NCBI GenBank assembly: GCA_951406725.2
Contig: OX597820.1
Span: 20,088,001-20,152,000 of the forward strand
Length of the DNA stretch: 64,000 nt
DNA from: Octopus vulgaris
Lineage: Eukaryota
Direction: 5' to 3'
Under the pieces are notes generated by a model, which did no database searches, was not told the origin of the DNA, and saw only the letters and a list, made by a program, of their open reading frames with translations. Positions 14,038 through 26,917 of the stretch are shown here, piece by piece. The stretch's first letter is position 1. Every line of letters begins with the position of its first letter. A program made the translations under genes and the position numbers.

Positions 14038-14122
14038 CTTTGCAGCCGTCTCTTGTTAATGTGATGTCATCAATAGCAATATTACTAAGAGTGTTTCCAC
14101 CTTTGACTCCTTCAATTATTAT
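14038..14122 (-). CDS. Exon 22: MAM7 C-part
   Basis: tag|IIIEGVKGGNTLSNIAIDDITLTRDGCK|gtaag; 85 nt, phase 0-1. Confidence 0.93.
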
Positions 14123-14224
14123 CTAAAGTAAAATAAAAAAAAAAAATAAGTAAAAATGAGTAAAAAAAAAAAAACCAGACACCAAGCTTTACTTCGAGAA
14201 GATGATGAGAAAAAAGAAGAAGCA

Positions 14225-14440
14225 TATCATCACCATCATTGTTCGACCGTGGTCGAGACAATGGAATTTACCATGCTACGCCAGACTTCACTGTCCATCA
14301 TAACATTACGGAGGTCCTGTTGCTGGATGCCTGTATCCCTGGAGATTACATCAGGGTAGGAGAGTGTGCGCCCTCTGGTATTGCGAGTAGATGGCTTCCA
14401 GAGGAGAAGAGTAGAAATTGCCTCGTTTTCAGCTCTACAG
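14225..14440 (-). mobile_element. Short 3' fragment of the same RTE family as 42468-43045
   Basis: High nucleotide similarity (gttcgaccgtggtcgagacaatgga..ccagaggagaag). Confidence 0.85.
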
Positions 14441-15549
14441 CTGAAAGCATATAGAACCTTTCTTAATTAGTTTTAAATTTTTGGCTTGAGGCCAGCACTT
14501 TCAGAGGAGAGGGTAAGCTGATTACATTGATCCCAGTTCTCTACTGGTAGTTATTTTATCAATCCCTGAAAAAATGAAAGGCAAAGTCGACCTTGGCAGA
14601 ATTTGAACTCAGCATGTAAAGATGGATGAAATATCGCTAAGCATTTTACCCAATGTTTTAATGATTCTGATGGCTCACAACATTAAAGTAAATTTAACTA
14701 AGTAGGAGCCTGGTGCAGCTGCTGGCTCTCCAGACCTCAGTCAAACCGTCCAACCCATGCCAGCATGGAAAAACGGACGTTAATCAATGATGATGATGAT
14801 GATGTATGTATGCGAAGGAGTGGCTGTGTGGTAAGTAGCTGGCTTAATAACCACATGGTTCTGGGTTCAGTCCCACTGCGTGGTACCTTGGGCAAGTGTC
14901 TTCTACTATAGTCTCGGGCCCACCAAAGCCTTGTGAGTGGATTTGGTAGACGTCGTATATATGTATATATATATGTATGTGTGTATGTTTGTGCATCTGT
15001 GTTTGTCCCCTAACATCGCTCAACAGTCAATGCTGGTGTGTCTACATTCCTGTAACTTAGCGGTTCGGCAAAAGAGATCGAAAGAATAAGTACTAGGCTT
15101 ACAAAGAATAAGTCCTGGGGTCGATTTGCTCGACTAAAGGCAGTGCTCCACTATGGCTACAGTCAAATGACTGAAACACATAAAAGAGTAAGTCTAAAAT
15201 TCCATACAGAATAGAAATTCAAAATTTTATTTATTTATTGCACCAAAAATACAATAAATTTTATTTTTATTTTTAATAGACTAGAATGTTGGGTCTTTTG
15301 GGTCTGAGACAATATGATGACAAAAAACAGCCCTCCATACTCTACTAACATGCCAAAGGCCACCATGGGGGCAACTTGGGTCAACTTGACATCCGCATAG
15401 AATAGAGTATTATATTAATTGATATAATGCCTTATGAGAGCTTTCAGTGAGGGTTCTGGGAAAGTGAATAACAGGGGAGTCAAATTTGACAGCAAATCAA
15501 GGAGTAGAGTTGTCCCTCAGGCAGTCTAGTGCCCTCTTTTACACCCTCC

Positions 15550-15918
15550 GGTGGAGTTCTTTGTAGGCAGAGTATTCTGTAAGTGGAGTTCTCTGTAGCT
15601 GGAGCTCTCTGTAGGTGGAACTCTCTGAAGGTGGAGCTCTCTCTAGGTGGAGCTTTCTCTCTCTCTCCCTCTCTCTCTCTCTAGGAGGAGCTCTCTATCG
15701 GTGGATCTCTCTGTAGGTAGAGCTCTCTGTAGGTGGAGCACTCTGTAGGTGGAACATTCTAGAGATGGAGCTTTCTGTAAGTGGATCTCTGTGTAGGTGG
15801 ATCTCTCTATAGGAGGATCTCTGTGTAGATGGAGCTCTCTATGGAGCTCCCTGTACGTGGAGCTGTCTATAGATGGAGCTCTCTGTACGTGGAGCTCTCT
15901 GAAGGGGGAGCTCTCCAG
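15550..15918. repeat. 16-bp minisatellite
   Basis: ggtggagctctctgta repeats, degenerate. Confidence 0.88.
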
Positions 15919-17741
15919 CTTTGTAAGGCAAATAGCTTTGGAGAAGGTCACACCAATGTCAAAACCTAAATATTTGCTGGTTTCTGCAACTATTTTAGCC
16001 CACTCACCAGTGTGGTTAGAACTCAAAGTCTAAAGAATAGGATCAGATTGTGCAGACTGACTCCCAACTTAGAATTTAGTGCAGGCATGAAGGAAAGCCC
16101 AGCAGTATCAGCAATCAGATTACAAAGCCATTTGTAAGTGTGCCACTCTTCTTCATGACCTTTCAGCACAAAGAAACTGCCATCATCGTATAGGATGAGC
16201 AAATCATATTGTTTAGCCCAGATCAGCTTTAATCAAGCAAACACATGATCAAAGGCACACCAGCCATGACAATCTACCCTAATTTTTAAACATATCTATC
16301 TAGAACTATGTCTAAATACCAAACCTACAGTACAACTAAACATAGTATATCCAGTGTGGATACATCATCTCTTATCTTTTGCTTGTTTTAGGCATTAAAT
16401 TGTGGCCTTGCTGGAGTATCGCTTTGTAGAAAGGATAAATGGTTAAGTCAACTTTGATGGAATTTGAACTCAGAATGTAAAGATGGACAAAATGCCACTA
16501 AGCATTTTGCCCAGCACACTTATGATTCTGCCAGCTCACCACCTCAATGTATATATTCTTTTCTACTCTAGGCACAAGGCCTGAAATTTTGAGGAAGGGT
16601 GCCAGTCGATTAGATCGACTCCAGTATACAACTGGTACTTAATTTCTCAACACAAAAATGATGAAAGGCAAAGTCGACCTCAGCGGAATTTGAACTCAGA
16701 ACGTAGCGGCAGACGAAATACCTATTTCTTTTCTACCCACAAGGGGCTAACTACAGAGAGGACAAACAAGGACAGACAAACAGATTAAGTCGATTATATC
16801 GACCTCAGTGCGTAACTAGTACTTAATCTATCGACCCCGAAAGGATGAAAGGCAATGTCGACCTCGGCGGAATTTGAACTCAGAACGTAACCGCAGACGA
16901 AATACCACAAAGCATTTCACCCGGTGTGCTAATGATTCTGTCAGCTCATCCCCTTAATGTGTATATTGATATTGACAGTCCATCAGCTGTGATGATGAGG
17001 GTTCCACTTGATCTAGTCAATGGAACAGGCTGCTTGTGAAATTAATGTGCATGTGGCTGAGTACTCCACAGACACATGTACCCACAACATAGTTCACAGT
17101 GAGACTCAGCATGACGGAGTGTGACAAGGTAGGTACTACTCATGTTTGAATTGCAGGTTCTACTCATTTTTGCCAGCTGAGTAGAATGGAGCAATGTAAA
17201 ATAAAGTGTCTTGCTCAAAGACACAACATATTCCTGGGAATTGAACTCATGGCCTTATGATCGTGAGCTGAATACCTTGACCACTAAGCCACATGCCTTC
17301 ACATACATTGATATACTCTTTTACTGGTTTCAGTCATTTGACTGTGGCCATGCTGGAGCACTGCCTTTCGTCAAGCAAATCGACCCCAGGACTTATTCTT
17401 TGTAAGCCTAGTACTTATTCTATTGGACTCTTTTGCTGAACTGCTAAGTTTTGGGGAAATAAACACAACTGCATCAGTTGTCAAGTGATGTTGGGGGCAC
17501 AAACACAGACACACAAACATATACACACACATACGTATACATATACACATACACACACACACACGCACACACACAAACATATATATATTATCCGCACCAA
17601 CGCACGGTTGCAACACCATATGGTCTTATCTCCAACCGTGTTTTTTCTGCTGCGATTTTTGCTACCCAGGTATCGGTTAAACTTTTGAATAATCCCTAAC
17701 AAGATAATTCATCTTTCCATTTCAACAAATATATATATATA

Positions 17742-18330
17742 TCATCATCATCATCATCGTTTAACGTCCGCTTTCCATGCTAGCATGGGTTGGACTGTTC
17801 AACTGGGGTCTGGGGAGCCCGAAGGCTGCACCAGGCCAGTCAGATCTGGCAGTGTTTCTACAGCTGGATGCCCTTCCTAACGCCAACCACTCCGAGAGTG
17901 TAGTGGGTGATTTTATGTGCCACCGACACAGGTGCCAGACGAGGCTGGCGAACGGCCACGCTCGGATGGTGTTTTTATGTGCCACTGACACAGGTGCCAG
18001 ACGAGGCTGGCAGACGGCCACGCTCGGATGGTGTTTTTATGTGCCACCGACACAGGTGCCAGACGAGGCTGGCAGACGGCCACGCTCGGATGGTGTTTTT
18101 ATGTGCCACCGACACAGGTGCCAGACGAGGCTGGCAGACAGCCACGCTCGGACGGTGTTTGTTACGTGCCCACAGCACGGAGGCCAGTCGATGCGGTACT
18201 GGCTAGGGTCCCGTTCGGATGGTTTTCTTATGTGCCACCGGCACTAATTTTCCACAAGGGTACAAATTCCATTGATGTTCATCTATTTTGATTTGGTTTG
18301 ACTTGATTCGATTTGACTTTGATTTTGATT
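17742..18330 (-). mobile_element. RTE 3'-UTR copy with expanded 60-bp tandem subrepeat
   Basis: Four near-identical 60-bp units at ~17912-18165, then the ggcgttaggaagggcatccagctgtagaaa..(GAT)n tail; other UTR-only copies at ~4620, 6105, 11110, 11290, 12200, 12505, 37750, 43130, 51940. Confidence 0.85.
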
Positions 18331-18560
18331 ATATATATATATATACGACGGGCTTATTTCAGTTTCCGTTTACCAAATCCACTCACAAGGCTTTGGTCAG
18401 CCTGAGGCTATAGCAGAAGACACTTGTCCAAGTTGCCCTGCAGTGAGACTGAACCTGGAACCATGTGGTTGGTAAGCAAGCTACTTACCACACATCCACT
18501 TTTGCGCCTACGAAAAAGAAAATAAAAATAAAGGAATTTTATCATTTACTTATTTATTAC

Positions 18561-18826
18561 CTTCATATCTGTGAAATATTCTTCATCAAAGTTAATCTGT
18601 GCAAGTTGCCAGTTGGGTCCTTGGTCTGATCTTCTTGACCATGCAGGGGAATTTGAACCAGTTCCATACTGGATATAAACATTTAAATAATCAACATGCT
18701 GTCCACGCATGTTGTACCAAAACTTTAAACACCTTGTTTTGTTTTGTATTGGAGTGTATGTAAAGAATAGCTGTGCTCTACTGTTGATAGCTTGTCCCGC
18801 AGTATCTATGTACAAGTAGTGGCCCG
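18561..18826 (-). CDS. Exon 21: MAM7 middle
   Basis: cag|SGHYLYIDT..CLKFWYNMRG..DQGPNWQLAQI..TDMK|gtaat; 266 nt, phase 1-0. Confidence 0.95.
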
Positions 18827-18869
18827 CTGAAAATACACAAACGAAAATATCAGAAAGAATTCAATTCCG

Positions 18870-19530
18870 TATTTCATGGATTCATGGTAGATGTATGAAA
18901 ATGAAGAAGGTGACCCCAAGCTGGCAAGAGATTTTATTTGTGGAAGATGTGAGAAAGGTGCTGGAGGGCTGGAAGAACCAGTAGAAACAGTGAGAGAGTT
19001 TTTGTTATTTGGGAGATATAGTGGATGTAAAACGGTGGATATGAAGCAGCTGTGACAGCAAGAGTGAAACTTGGCTGGGTGAAGTTCAGGGAACATGGAG
19101 CATTATTATATAGGAAAAGGTTCTTGAAAATGAAAGTAAGGGTTTATTGGAGTTGCGTGAGATCTGCAATGCTGTATGGGAATGAGACATTGTGTATGAA
19201 GGAAAGCGAAATGGCAGTTTTGAGAAGGACCGAAAGGGCAACAGTAAGGGCAATGTGTGGTGTGAAACTATTGGATAAAAGGAGGGCTGAGGACTTGATG
19301 GGGATGCTGGGGTTGGAGGAATTGGTGGAACAGCTGGAAAGGGTGAATGGAGTGCAGTGGTATGGACATGTGTTGAGGAAGGATGAGGATCATGTCCTGA
19401 GGGGTGTGCTTGAGTAAACTCAAGTGAATGAACAACAAAAGTAAGATTGACCAAAGAAAACGTGGAGGAGGGAAAACAAGTGGAGGAGGAGATTGGGAGG
19501 GTTGGCTTGAGGAGGGAGGATGCCCAAAAT
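18870..19530 (+). mobile_element. Degenerate RTE LINE RT/thumb fragment
   Basis: WIHGRC..FICGRC remnant, VTARVKLGWVKFRE, SAMLYGNET, WYGHVLRK. Confidence 0.85.
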
Positions 19531-20237
19531 TGGGCCTTCTGTAATTACCCACAAAAGCTGATATTTTCCCAGTCATCAGTTAACAGCTGTTTGAGGATAA
19601 TGATAATGGAATCAAACTCATTGGCATTGCAGGGTGGGGGCATGAGATGATCATGTACACTATCTTTTCTTCCAAACCAAATCAATAAAATATACAAAAT
19701 ATGAGGGATAATTGAGGATGCTTAATTATCAATATATCACTCTCTTCCGACCAATTAAAATGTTTTTTTAATTTCTTTCAAATGTCTCTTGGAAGATAAA
19801 ATGCTAACACAAGAAACGGTAAGACATGCAGTCTTTGTTGTCATATGTGTGTAAAACAGTGTGTAAAACTTTGTAACTGATGCAAGATATTTTGTAGATG
19901 AAGTTTCTGTGAAACTGGAAGCCTCTGGTAGAAATGGTTCAGCTATATCAAACGGAAGACATTGTAAGCATTTGGAAAGTATAAGGATCATTTAATGCAG
20001 GAATGTCAATGATTCCAGTCCTGCATTGAAGCAGTCATTAACACTAAGACAGATTCATAGAACAATCTTATCAAAAAGTCCATCAAGAACAGAACACAAA
20101 TTGTTATTAAAATTCGTTTGGTTTTTGCTAGATTTGAAATGTTTTATTAAATTACCAGCATGTCCTCAAATATCTTTCATACCGTGCTAACAATAAAAGT
20201 TTAAAAAAAAATTAACAAAAACATGGTATTTTCTTAC

Positions 20238-20378
20238 ATCCTGTTGTATGGTCTCCTTGAGGTCCAATACTTTGGTTTGGAGTATAACCCTGTCGTAGTT
20301 TCCATTCAAATTGGTCAGTTTGACTTTGTGCCCAAATACACATTCCTTTTTCAAATGTGCACATCTCATCAACATCAG
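20238..20378 (-). CDS. Exon 20: MAM7 N-part
   Basis: tag|TDVDEMCTFEKGMCIWAQ..IGPQGDHTTG|gtaag; 141 nt, phase 1-1. Confidence 0.93.
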
Positions 20379-20486
20379 CTATTAAAGAGATAGAAACAAA
20401 ACTAAACTAATTACTCTGATAATATAATTTACAATACAGTTTATATAATTTATATTACAGCATTGCTTGTATGAATATCTCAGAAA

Positions 20487-20660
20487 CTTCAACATTTAAA
20501 TTTAATTTGTCAAAATATTTTCGTCGCTTTGAGACCGTGACCTGTTCACAGACAAAATTCTGTGCTGCAGCATGGAATTTTGTCAGTGAAAAGGTCACGG
20601 CCTCAAAGCAGTCTCAAAGTGACGAAAATATTTTGACAAATTAAATTTAAATGTTGAAGT
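20487..20660. repeat. Imperfect palindrome
   Basis: cttcaacatttaaatttaatttgtcaaaatattttcgtc.. / ..gacgaaaatattttgacaaattaaatttaaatgttgaag. Confidence 0.9.
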
Positions 20661-21322
20661 GAATCTAGTGGATTTTGTGTGTTTCTTAATTTGGCTTATA
20701 AACACCTTCCACACTGCAATTGTTTTCGTTCCAGCACACGATCTCAGATCAGGTCACTTGCTATGCAAGTACATCTCCGTAATTCAGAAACTTCAATTTC
20801 TGTTTAGATTAAAATATTCTGTGATATTCAGTCTTCATGGATGTTGAGAATAACATTTTACAAAATTATTTTTTTAAAATCAGATAACATTTGTATTTTC
20901 TCAAACTCTTTTAAAAAATTTTTAACAACTTCAAATAAATTTTAAAAACAATGATAAGAAAGACAAAAAAGAAAGAAAGAGGGGAAAATGAATTTATATT
21001 CTGGAAACTGGTTCTCCTATCATTGGTTTGATTTTTGTGAGTACATTTGAAGTACATTTCTCCATATCTCAAGCCAACCTGTCACCTCCAGCATCAACAC
21101 CACAGGCTGTTAGTTATCTATTTAGTTAGCTACTCATCAATATATGGCTTCTCTGCAAATCATGGATTCACATACTCCAGGAAACAGAAAGAATAATTAT
21201 TTACATTATTTACATTTGACGGATATTTGTCCTTATCTTGTTTGTTGTTAACACAACGCTGCATCAGGTGTCTTGGGGAAATTTCGAACCTGGGTTCTCA
21301 TTCCTAAGGTATTTTTCGATGT

Positions 21323-21378
<56 letters not shown>

Positions 21379-21379
21379 T

Positions 21380-21580
21380 TCAGTAGTTTTATTTTTATAG
21401 CATGCTTTCACTGCACTACTGAGTGCAGCTCTGTGTGCCTTGGGTACGTGCTGTGGTTTGCTGTGATGCTCTTATGGTTACTGTATTGAAAGTGTTTTGC
21501 ATAGGATGTGTGCAGTGCCCAGTTGTGCAATTTTCTGTATGTTATAGATATTTGTAAGTCCTGGCGTTTTTGTCTGAATA
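21380..21580 (-). mobile_element. R4/Dong-like LINE 3' fragment nested in the microsatellite of a tRNA-headed element
   Basis: NIQKIAQLGTAHILCKTLSIQ*; flanked by (TAA)n/(TAG)n tracts. Confidence 0.65.
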
Positions 21581-21581
21581 T

Positions 21582-21636
<55 letters not shown>

Positions 21637-21644
21637 GCTATTAC

Positions 21645-21695
<51 letters not shown>

Positions 21696-22703
21696 CGTCA
21701 CTACCTGGAATCGAACTCAGAATCTTGGGGTTAGTAGCCCACGCTCTTAACCACTACGCCATATGGAATAATGTTTCATATTCAAATTCACAACCATGTC
21801 ACAGGTAAGTTTAAATTAACATTTTTCTTTCAACTCTTACACTTTCTTTTAGTTCATTGATCTCATTCATATCCTTCGGCTCCCCTCATCTCAATTTTTC
21901 CTCTTCACCTTAACTTAAAATGTTTCTCCTCTTCTTTTCATGCTTGATTCTTTCTACCTCCCTCAACCAGTTTCTCTTACCTTCTACTTCCTGTCTACGT
22001 AGAAAGCTCATGGTGTAGTGTGTTCCTCATCAGTTGCAGCCAATTTATCAAACATACAGAAGCTAAAACTCTGCTACCTCACTTTTGTTTCTCTCTTCCC
22101 AACATTATCCTGAAGAAGGATTTTGTCTGAAACGTTGGATATATCACTCCCCATGGCAATTTCATTATATTCTTTCTGTCACTCTTTCTCTAAACTATTG
22201 TGACAACTAAAATCATTATGACTTCTGTTTTAGACATCTGTAATTATTCAATTATTTAGATGAGCATAATAAAGATATAAAAATTGAAAGAACATCTAGA
22301 AACTGAAAAAAGAAAATTGTTTTCATGTTCATAACTTAGCTATGTCCATAACATAGGCACAGGAGTGGCTGTGTGGTAAGTAGCTTGTTTACCAACTACA
22401 TGGTTCCAGGTTCAGTCCCACTGCGTGGCACCTTGAGCAAGTGCCTTCTACAATAGCCTCAGGCTGACTAAAGCCTTGTGAGTGGATTTGGCAGATGGCA
22501 ACTGGAAGAAGCCTGTCGTATATATATATATGGTGTGTTTACGTCCCCGTCACTTAGCAGTTCGGCAAGAAAGACCGATAGAAATAAGTACTCGGCTTAC
22601 AAAGAATAAGTCCTGGGGTCGAATTGCTCGACTAAAGACAGTGTTCCAGCATGGCCGCAGTCAAATGACTGAGACAAATAAAGAATAAAATAATATGGCT
22701 TAC

Positions 22704-22863
22704 TTTCAATTGTATTCTCTGTCGTTGTTGCTGGGCTTTGGGTTGTTGGCTCAAAAAATGCTTGTGCTCGAGATGGAAAGAATGAACAGGACTGTGGGAT
22801 AGTATAAATATCATCGATGGCGATATCACCTCTGACGGAATTTGTAGAGCCTTCAATAACAAC
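22704..22863 (-). CDS. Exon 19: MAM6 C-part + Thr/Pro linker
   Basis: cag|VVIEGSTNSVRGDIAIDDIYTIPQSCSFFPSRAQAFFEPTTQSPATTTENTIE|gtaag; 160 nt, phase 0-1. Confidence 0.92.
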
Positions 22864-23069
22864 CTGTGAATTAGAAAATTTTTAACATTTTCAAAATTAC
22901 ATCATGAAGTTCAATGGAAATTTTTAGAATAATTACATTTTTATTTTGTTTATGACAAAAAAGAAAAAAGAAAAATTATGTGCTCCAGCATGGCCACTGC
23001 CTTAGGGCTGAAGTGTACAAAAAAACAAAAGAATGAAAGAACGAAAAACTTATAGATAAATATATTCAA

Positions 23070-23945
23070 ACATACATACATTTATACATACATACATACA
23101 TTCATAGATACATACATACATTCATACATACATACATACATACATACATACATACATACATACATTCATTCATACATACATATATATATATACATACACA
23201 TACATACATACATACATAGATACATACACACATACATATATACATACATACATTCATACATACATACATACATACATACATACATACATACATACATAGA
23301 TACATACATACATACATACATACATTCATACATACATATATACATACATACGTACATACATTCATACATACATACATACACACATACATACATTCATTCA
23401 TACATAGATACATATATACATACATACATTCATACATATATACATATATACATACATACGTACATACATTCATACATACATACATACATACATACATACA
23501 TACGTACATACGTTCATACATTCATAGATACATACATACATACATTCATACATACATACATATATACATACATACGTACATACGTTCATACATACATACA
23601 TACATACATACATACATACATTCATACATACATACATACATACATATATACATACGTACGTACGTACGTTCATACATTCATACATACATACATATATACA
23701 TACATACATACATACATAGATACATACATATATACATACATACATATATACATACGTACGTTCATACACTCATACATACATACATATATACATACATACA
23801 TACATGCATACATTCATACATACATACATTCATACATACATTCAAACATACATACATATATACATTCATACATACATACAAACAAACAAACATACATATC
23901 TATGTACATACGCATGTACGCGCATGCATACATTCACACATACAT
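23070..23945. repeat. Compound (TACA)n microsatellite
   Basis: Direct inspection; similar tracts at 38362-39263 and 61940-62160. Confidence 0.95.
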
Positions 23946-24325
23946 ATATGATGGCTGTCCACTCATGACTAAAGAAGACCATTGCTGACCTTTAGGAGAA
24001 TTGTGCGCTCTAGGACTACATTAATATTTTGCATTTGCGTCTCCGTTGGTGGCTAATGAACCCTGCTCTTGACAAGCATGCATGAGTGCAAACATTGCAA
24101 ACCAAATTCCCCCATTCACTATGCCAACAGGGGGCTTTTGAACAGCACACTTAAATACTTCATTGACCCTCCCCCCGTTTAACCAGCTTCCTCCATCTGT
24201 GGTGATGACAGGCATTGGTCTCACTGTCAGTCTCCTGCATATCACAGGCCTTTAATAAGGACTTGACACAGTCCTTAAATCACTGCCTTGGTTTCTGCTG
24301 CGGTATAAATACATACATACATACA

Positions 24326-24357
<32 letters not shown>

Positions 24358-24760
24358 GGCATAGGAGTGGCTGCGTGGTAAGTAGCTTGCTTACAAATCA
24401 CATGGTTCCGGGTTCAGTCCCACTGTATGGCACCTTGGGCAAGTGTCTTCTACTATAGCCTCGGGCCAACCAAAGCCTTGTGAGCGGATTTGGTCGACGG
24501 AAACTGAAAGAAGCCCGTCGTGTATATGTATATGTATACATATGTGTGTGTGTTTGTGTTTGTTCCCCCCCCCCCACCAACATCGCTTGGCAACCGATGC
24601 TGGTGTGTTTACGTCTCTGTAACTTAGCGGTTTGGCAAAAGAGACCGATAAAATAAGTACTAGGCTTACAAAGGATAAGTCCTTGGGAGCAATTTGCTCG
24701 ACTAAAGGCGATGCTCCAACATGGCCACAGTCAAAGGAGTAAAAGAGTAAAGAGTAAGAG
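24358..24760 (+). mobile_element. SINE family A copy
   Basis: Colinear with 51338-51770; inserted in (TACA)n. Confidence 0.88.
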
Positions 24761-25427
24761 TACATACATACCTACATACATACACACACACACACATACA
24801 TACATACATACATAACATACATACATACGTACATACATACGTACATACATACATACATACATATATATATGCATACATAAAGCTAAAGATCAGAGAAAAA
24901 GAAAATACCTACACTGAACTATTCTTTTCTACTCTAGGCACAAGGCCTGAAATTTTGGGGTTTGGGCCTGTCTATTAGATCAACTCCAGTGTGCAACTGT
25001 CACTTAATTTATCGACCTCAAAAGGCAAAGTCAACTTTGGCGAAATTTGAACTCAGAACATAAAGACAGACGAAATACTGTTAAGCATTTCGCCAGGCAT
25101 GCTAACATTTCTTATTTCTTCATTTCCTTACTACCCACAAGGGTCAAACAAGGACAGACAAAGGGATTAAGTACATTAGACTGACCCCACTGCATAACTG
25201 GTACTTAATTTATCGACCCCGAAAGGATGAAAGGTAAAGTTGATCTCAGAGGAATTTGAACTCAGGACGTAGCAGTAGATGAAATACTGCTAAGCATTTT
25301 GCCCAGCATGCTAATGTTTCTGCCAGCTTTCTGCCTTCCATATCTCACATATTGGGAATAAAATAGTATCACAAAGGTCTAGTATAGCTAAAAGAATTAA
25401 AGATGACTAACTCTGTTATATAAAATA

Positions 25428-25854
25428 GGATCTTTTCGGTTTGAACGGCAGTTTTTTCTAGCGTTGTCATATGAAATTGTCACCCATAATTATGACCCTA
25501 GTATCGATCTATTGCATTTCAACCTGTTTTAGGGTTAGGGTTAGTTAGGGTTGGGGGTGGGGGGAAGGGTATCTTTTTTTCTTCACAAATGTAAATAAAC
25601 CCAATCTGTTTCTTAAACAAGGGACATATTCATACGGCACAGAATGTTTTTTACCTCAATAGATGTCATTGATTGGTTGAAATTGCAGAAATTGAAGAAA
25701 AAAAACAACAAATATCTTACAAACCATAGAATTTTCTCAATAAAGCCAAGAGAAAAAGATGTTTTATAAACACATTCTACTAGTATATGAAGTTTAAAAT
25801 TTTTTAGTTACCTAGAAATTACGTTAAAAACTGCTGTTCAAACCAAAAAGATCC
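25428..25854. mobile_element. TIR element with 8-bp TSD (Merlin/hAT-like) containing TTAGGG repeats
   Basis: TIR ggatcttttcggtttgaacggcagttttt / aaaaactgctgttcaaaccaaaaagatcc; TSD ataaaata on both sides. Confidence 0.82.
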
Positions 25855-25865
25855 ATAAAATATAC

Positions 25866-26093
25866 TTAACCCTTTAGTGTTCAAATTACTCTGTTAAATG
25901 TAATACTTTTTCACTCAAATTGTTTTGAATTACTCATGCATTGTCTTACAGCTTTGAGGTTTCAATGATGTGATTGCTTATTTTTAGAATGTCAATGTAG
26001 GTTAGGTGTGAGAGGTTAGATATGGCTAGTTCAAATATAAAACAAGTAGAATATCTGGGCCAGATGTGGCTGGTTTAAACACTAAAGGGTTAA
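25866..26093. mobile_element. TTAA-flanked MITE, family 2
   Basis: ttaaccctttagtgtt..aacactaaagggttaa; related copy at 44653-44903. Confidence 0.75.
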
Positions 26094-26168
26094 GCAAACA
26101 CAACTACTCAGACATTCATAACTTCCCCAAAATTTCATTAATATTTTGAAAATTCACAATGTGCTTAC

Positions 26169-26428
26169 CCTATATTCGCTCTTTGAAGTAATCAATGGTA
26201 TCTTCCCAATCTGCCAAGATTTTCCTTGGTCTCCTTTGAGAGTCCACAATAATGTCTCTTTCTGATCAGAATCTTGAATGTATATATTTAGTTGGCCGAT
26301 GCCATTACCATACATGTTATACCAAAAGAGAAAGCAAGGTGTGAATCCATTGTTTGTTAGCGGTTCACTAACTATTCGTACTTTCTCGTTTCTGCGCTGA
26401 TTAGAGGCCTCAATGTATATATAACTTC
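26169..26428 (-). CDS. Exon 18: MAM6 middle
   Basis: cag|GSYIYIEAS..CFLFWYNMYG..GDQGKSWQ..SEYR|gtaag; 260 nt, phase 1-0. Confidence 0.95.
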
Positions 26429-26506
26429 CTGTAATGAAGAACATTTAGTGAAAACTTTAGACACATAAATCATGTGTGTGTGTGTGTGTTTGTGTGTGTG
26501 TATGTG

Positions 26507-26537
<31 letters not shown>

Positions 26538-26559
26538 ACATATACATACATACTTATAT

Positions 26560-26872
26560 CACCATGATCACCGTGACTGACCAGGCTATCAGATGTTGTT
26601 ACACATCGCTGGTCACAATGTGCTTCGCATTGTTTTAGCCTTCAAATGACGCCACCCCGCTGGCTAAGCAAGCAGGCCAACAGAAGAAAGAGTGAGAGAA
26701 AGTTGTGGCAAAAGAGTACAGCAGGGATTGCCACCACCCACTTCCAGAGCCTCATGGGGCTTTAGGTATTTTCGGTCAATAAACCCTCACAATGCCCGAT
26801 CTGGGAATCGAAACCGCGATCCCACGACCGCGAGTTTGCTGCCCTAACCACTGGGCCATTGCGCCCCCACAC
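26560..26872 (-). mobile_element. SINE family C head with an alternative tail
   Basis: Head and middle as 3920-4308; tail ..gatgtgtaacaacatctgatagcctggtc. Confidence 0.82.
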
Positions 26873-26877
26873 ATACT

Positions 26878-26917
<40 letters not shown>

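Noticed and set aside
15643-16026. 127-aa ORF
   Set aside because: Mostly translation of the 16-bp minisatellite.
17912-18165. 60-bp repeats with overlapping ORFs as CRISPR or a repeat protein
   Set aside because: Contiguous tandem units of the RTE 3' UTR; no spacers.
21695-21763. Functional tRNA gene
   Set aside because: A/B boxes and an anticodon arm are present, but the acceptor stem is poor and three divergent copies run into (AAT)n; treated as a SINE head.
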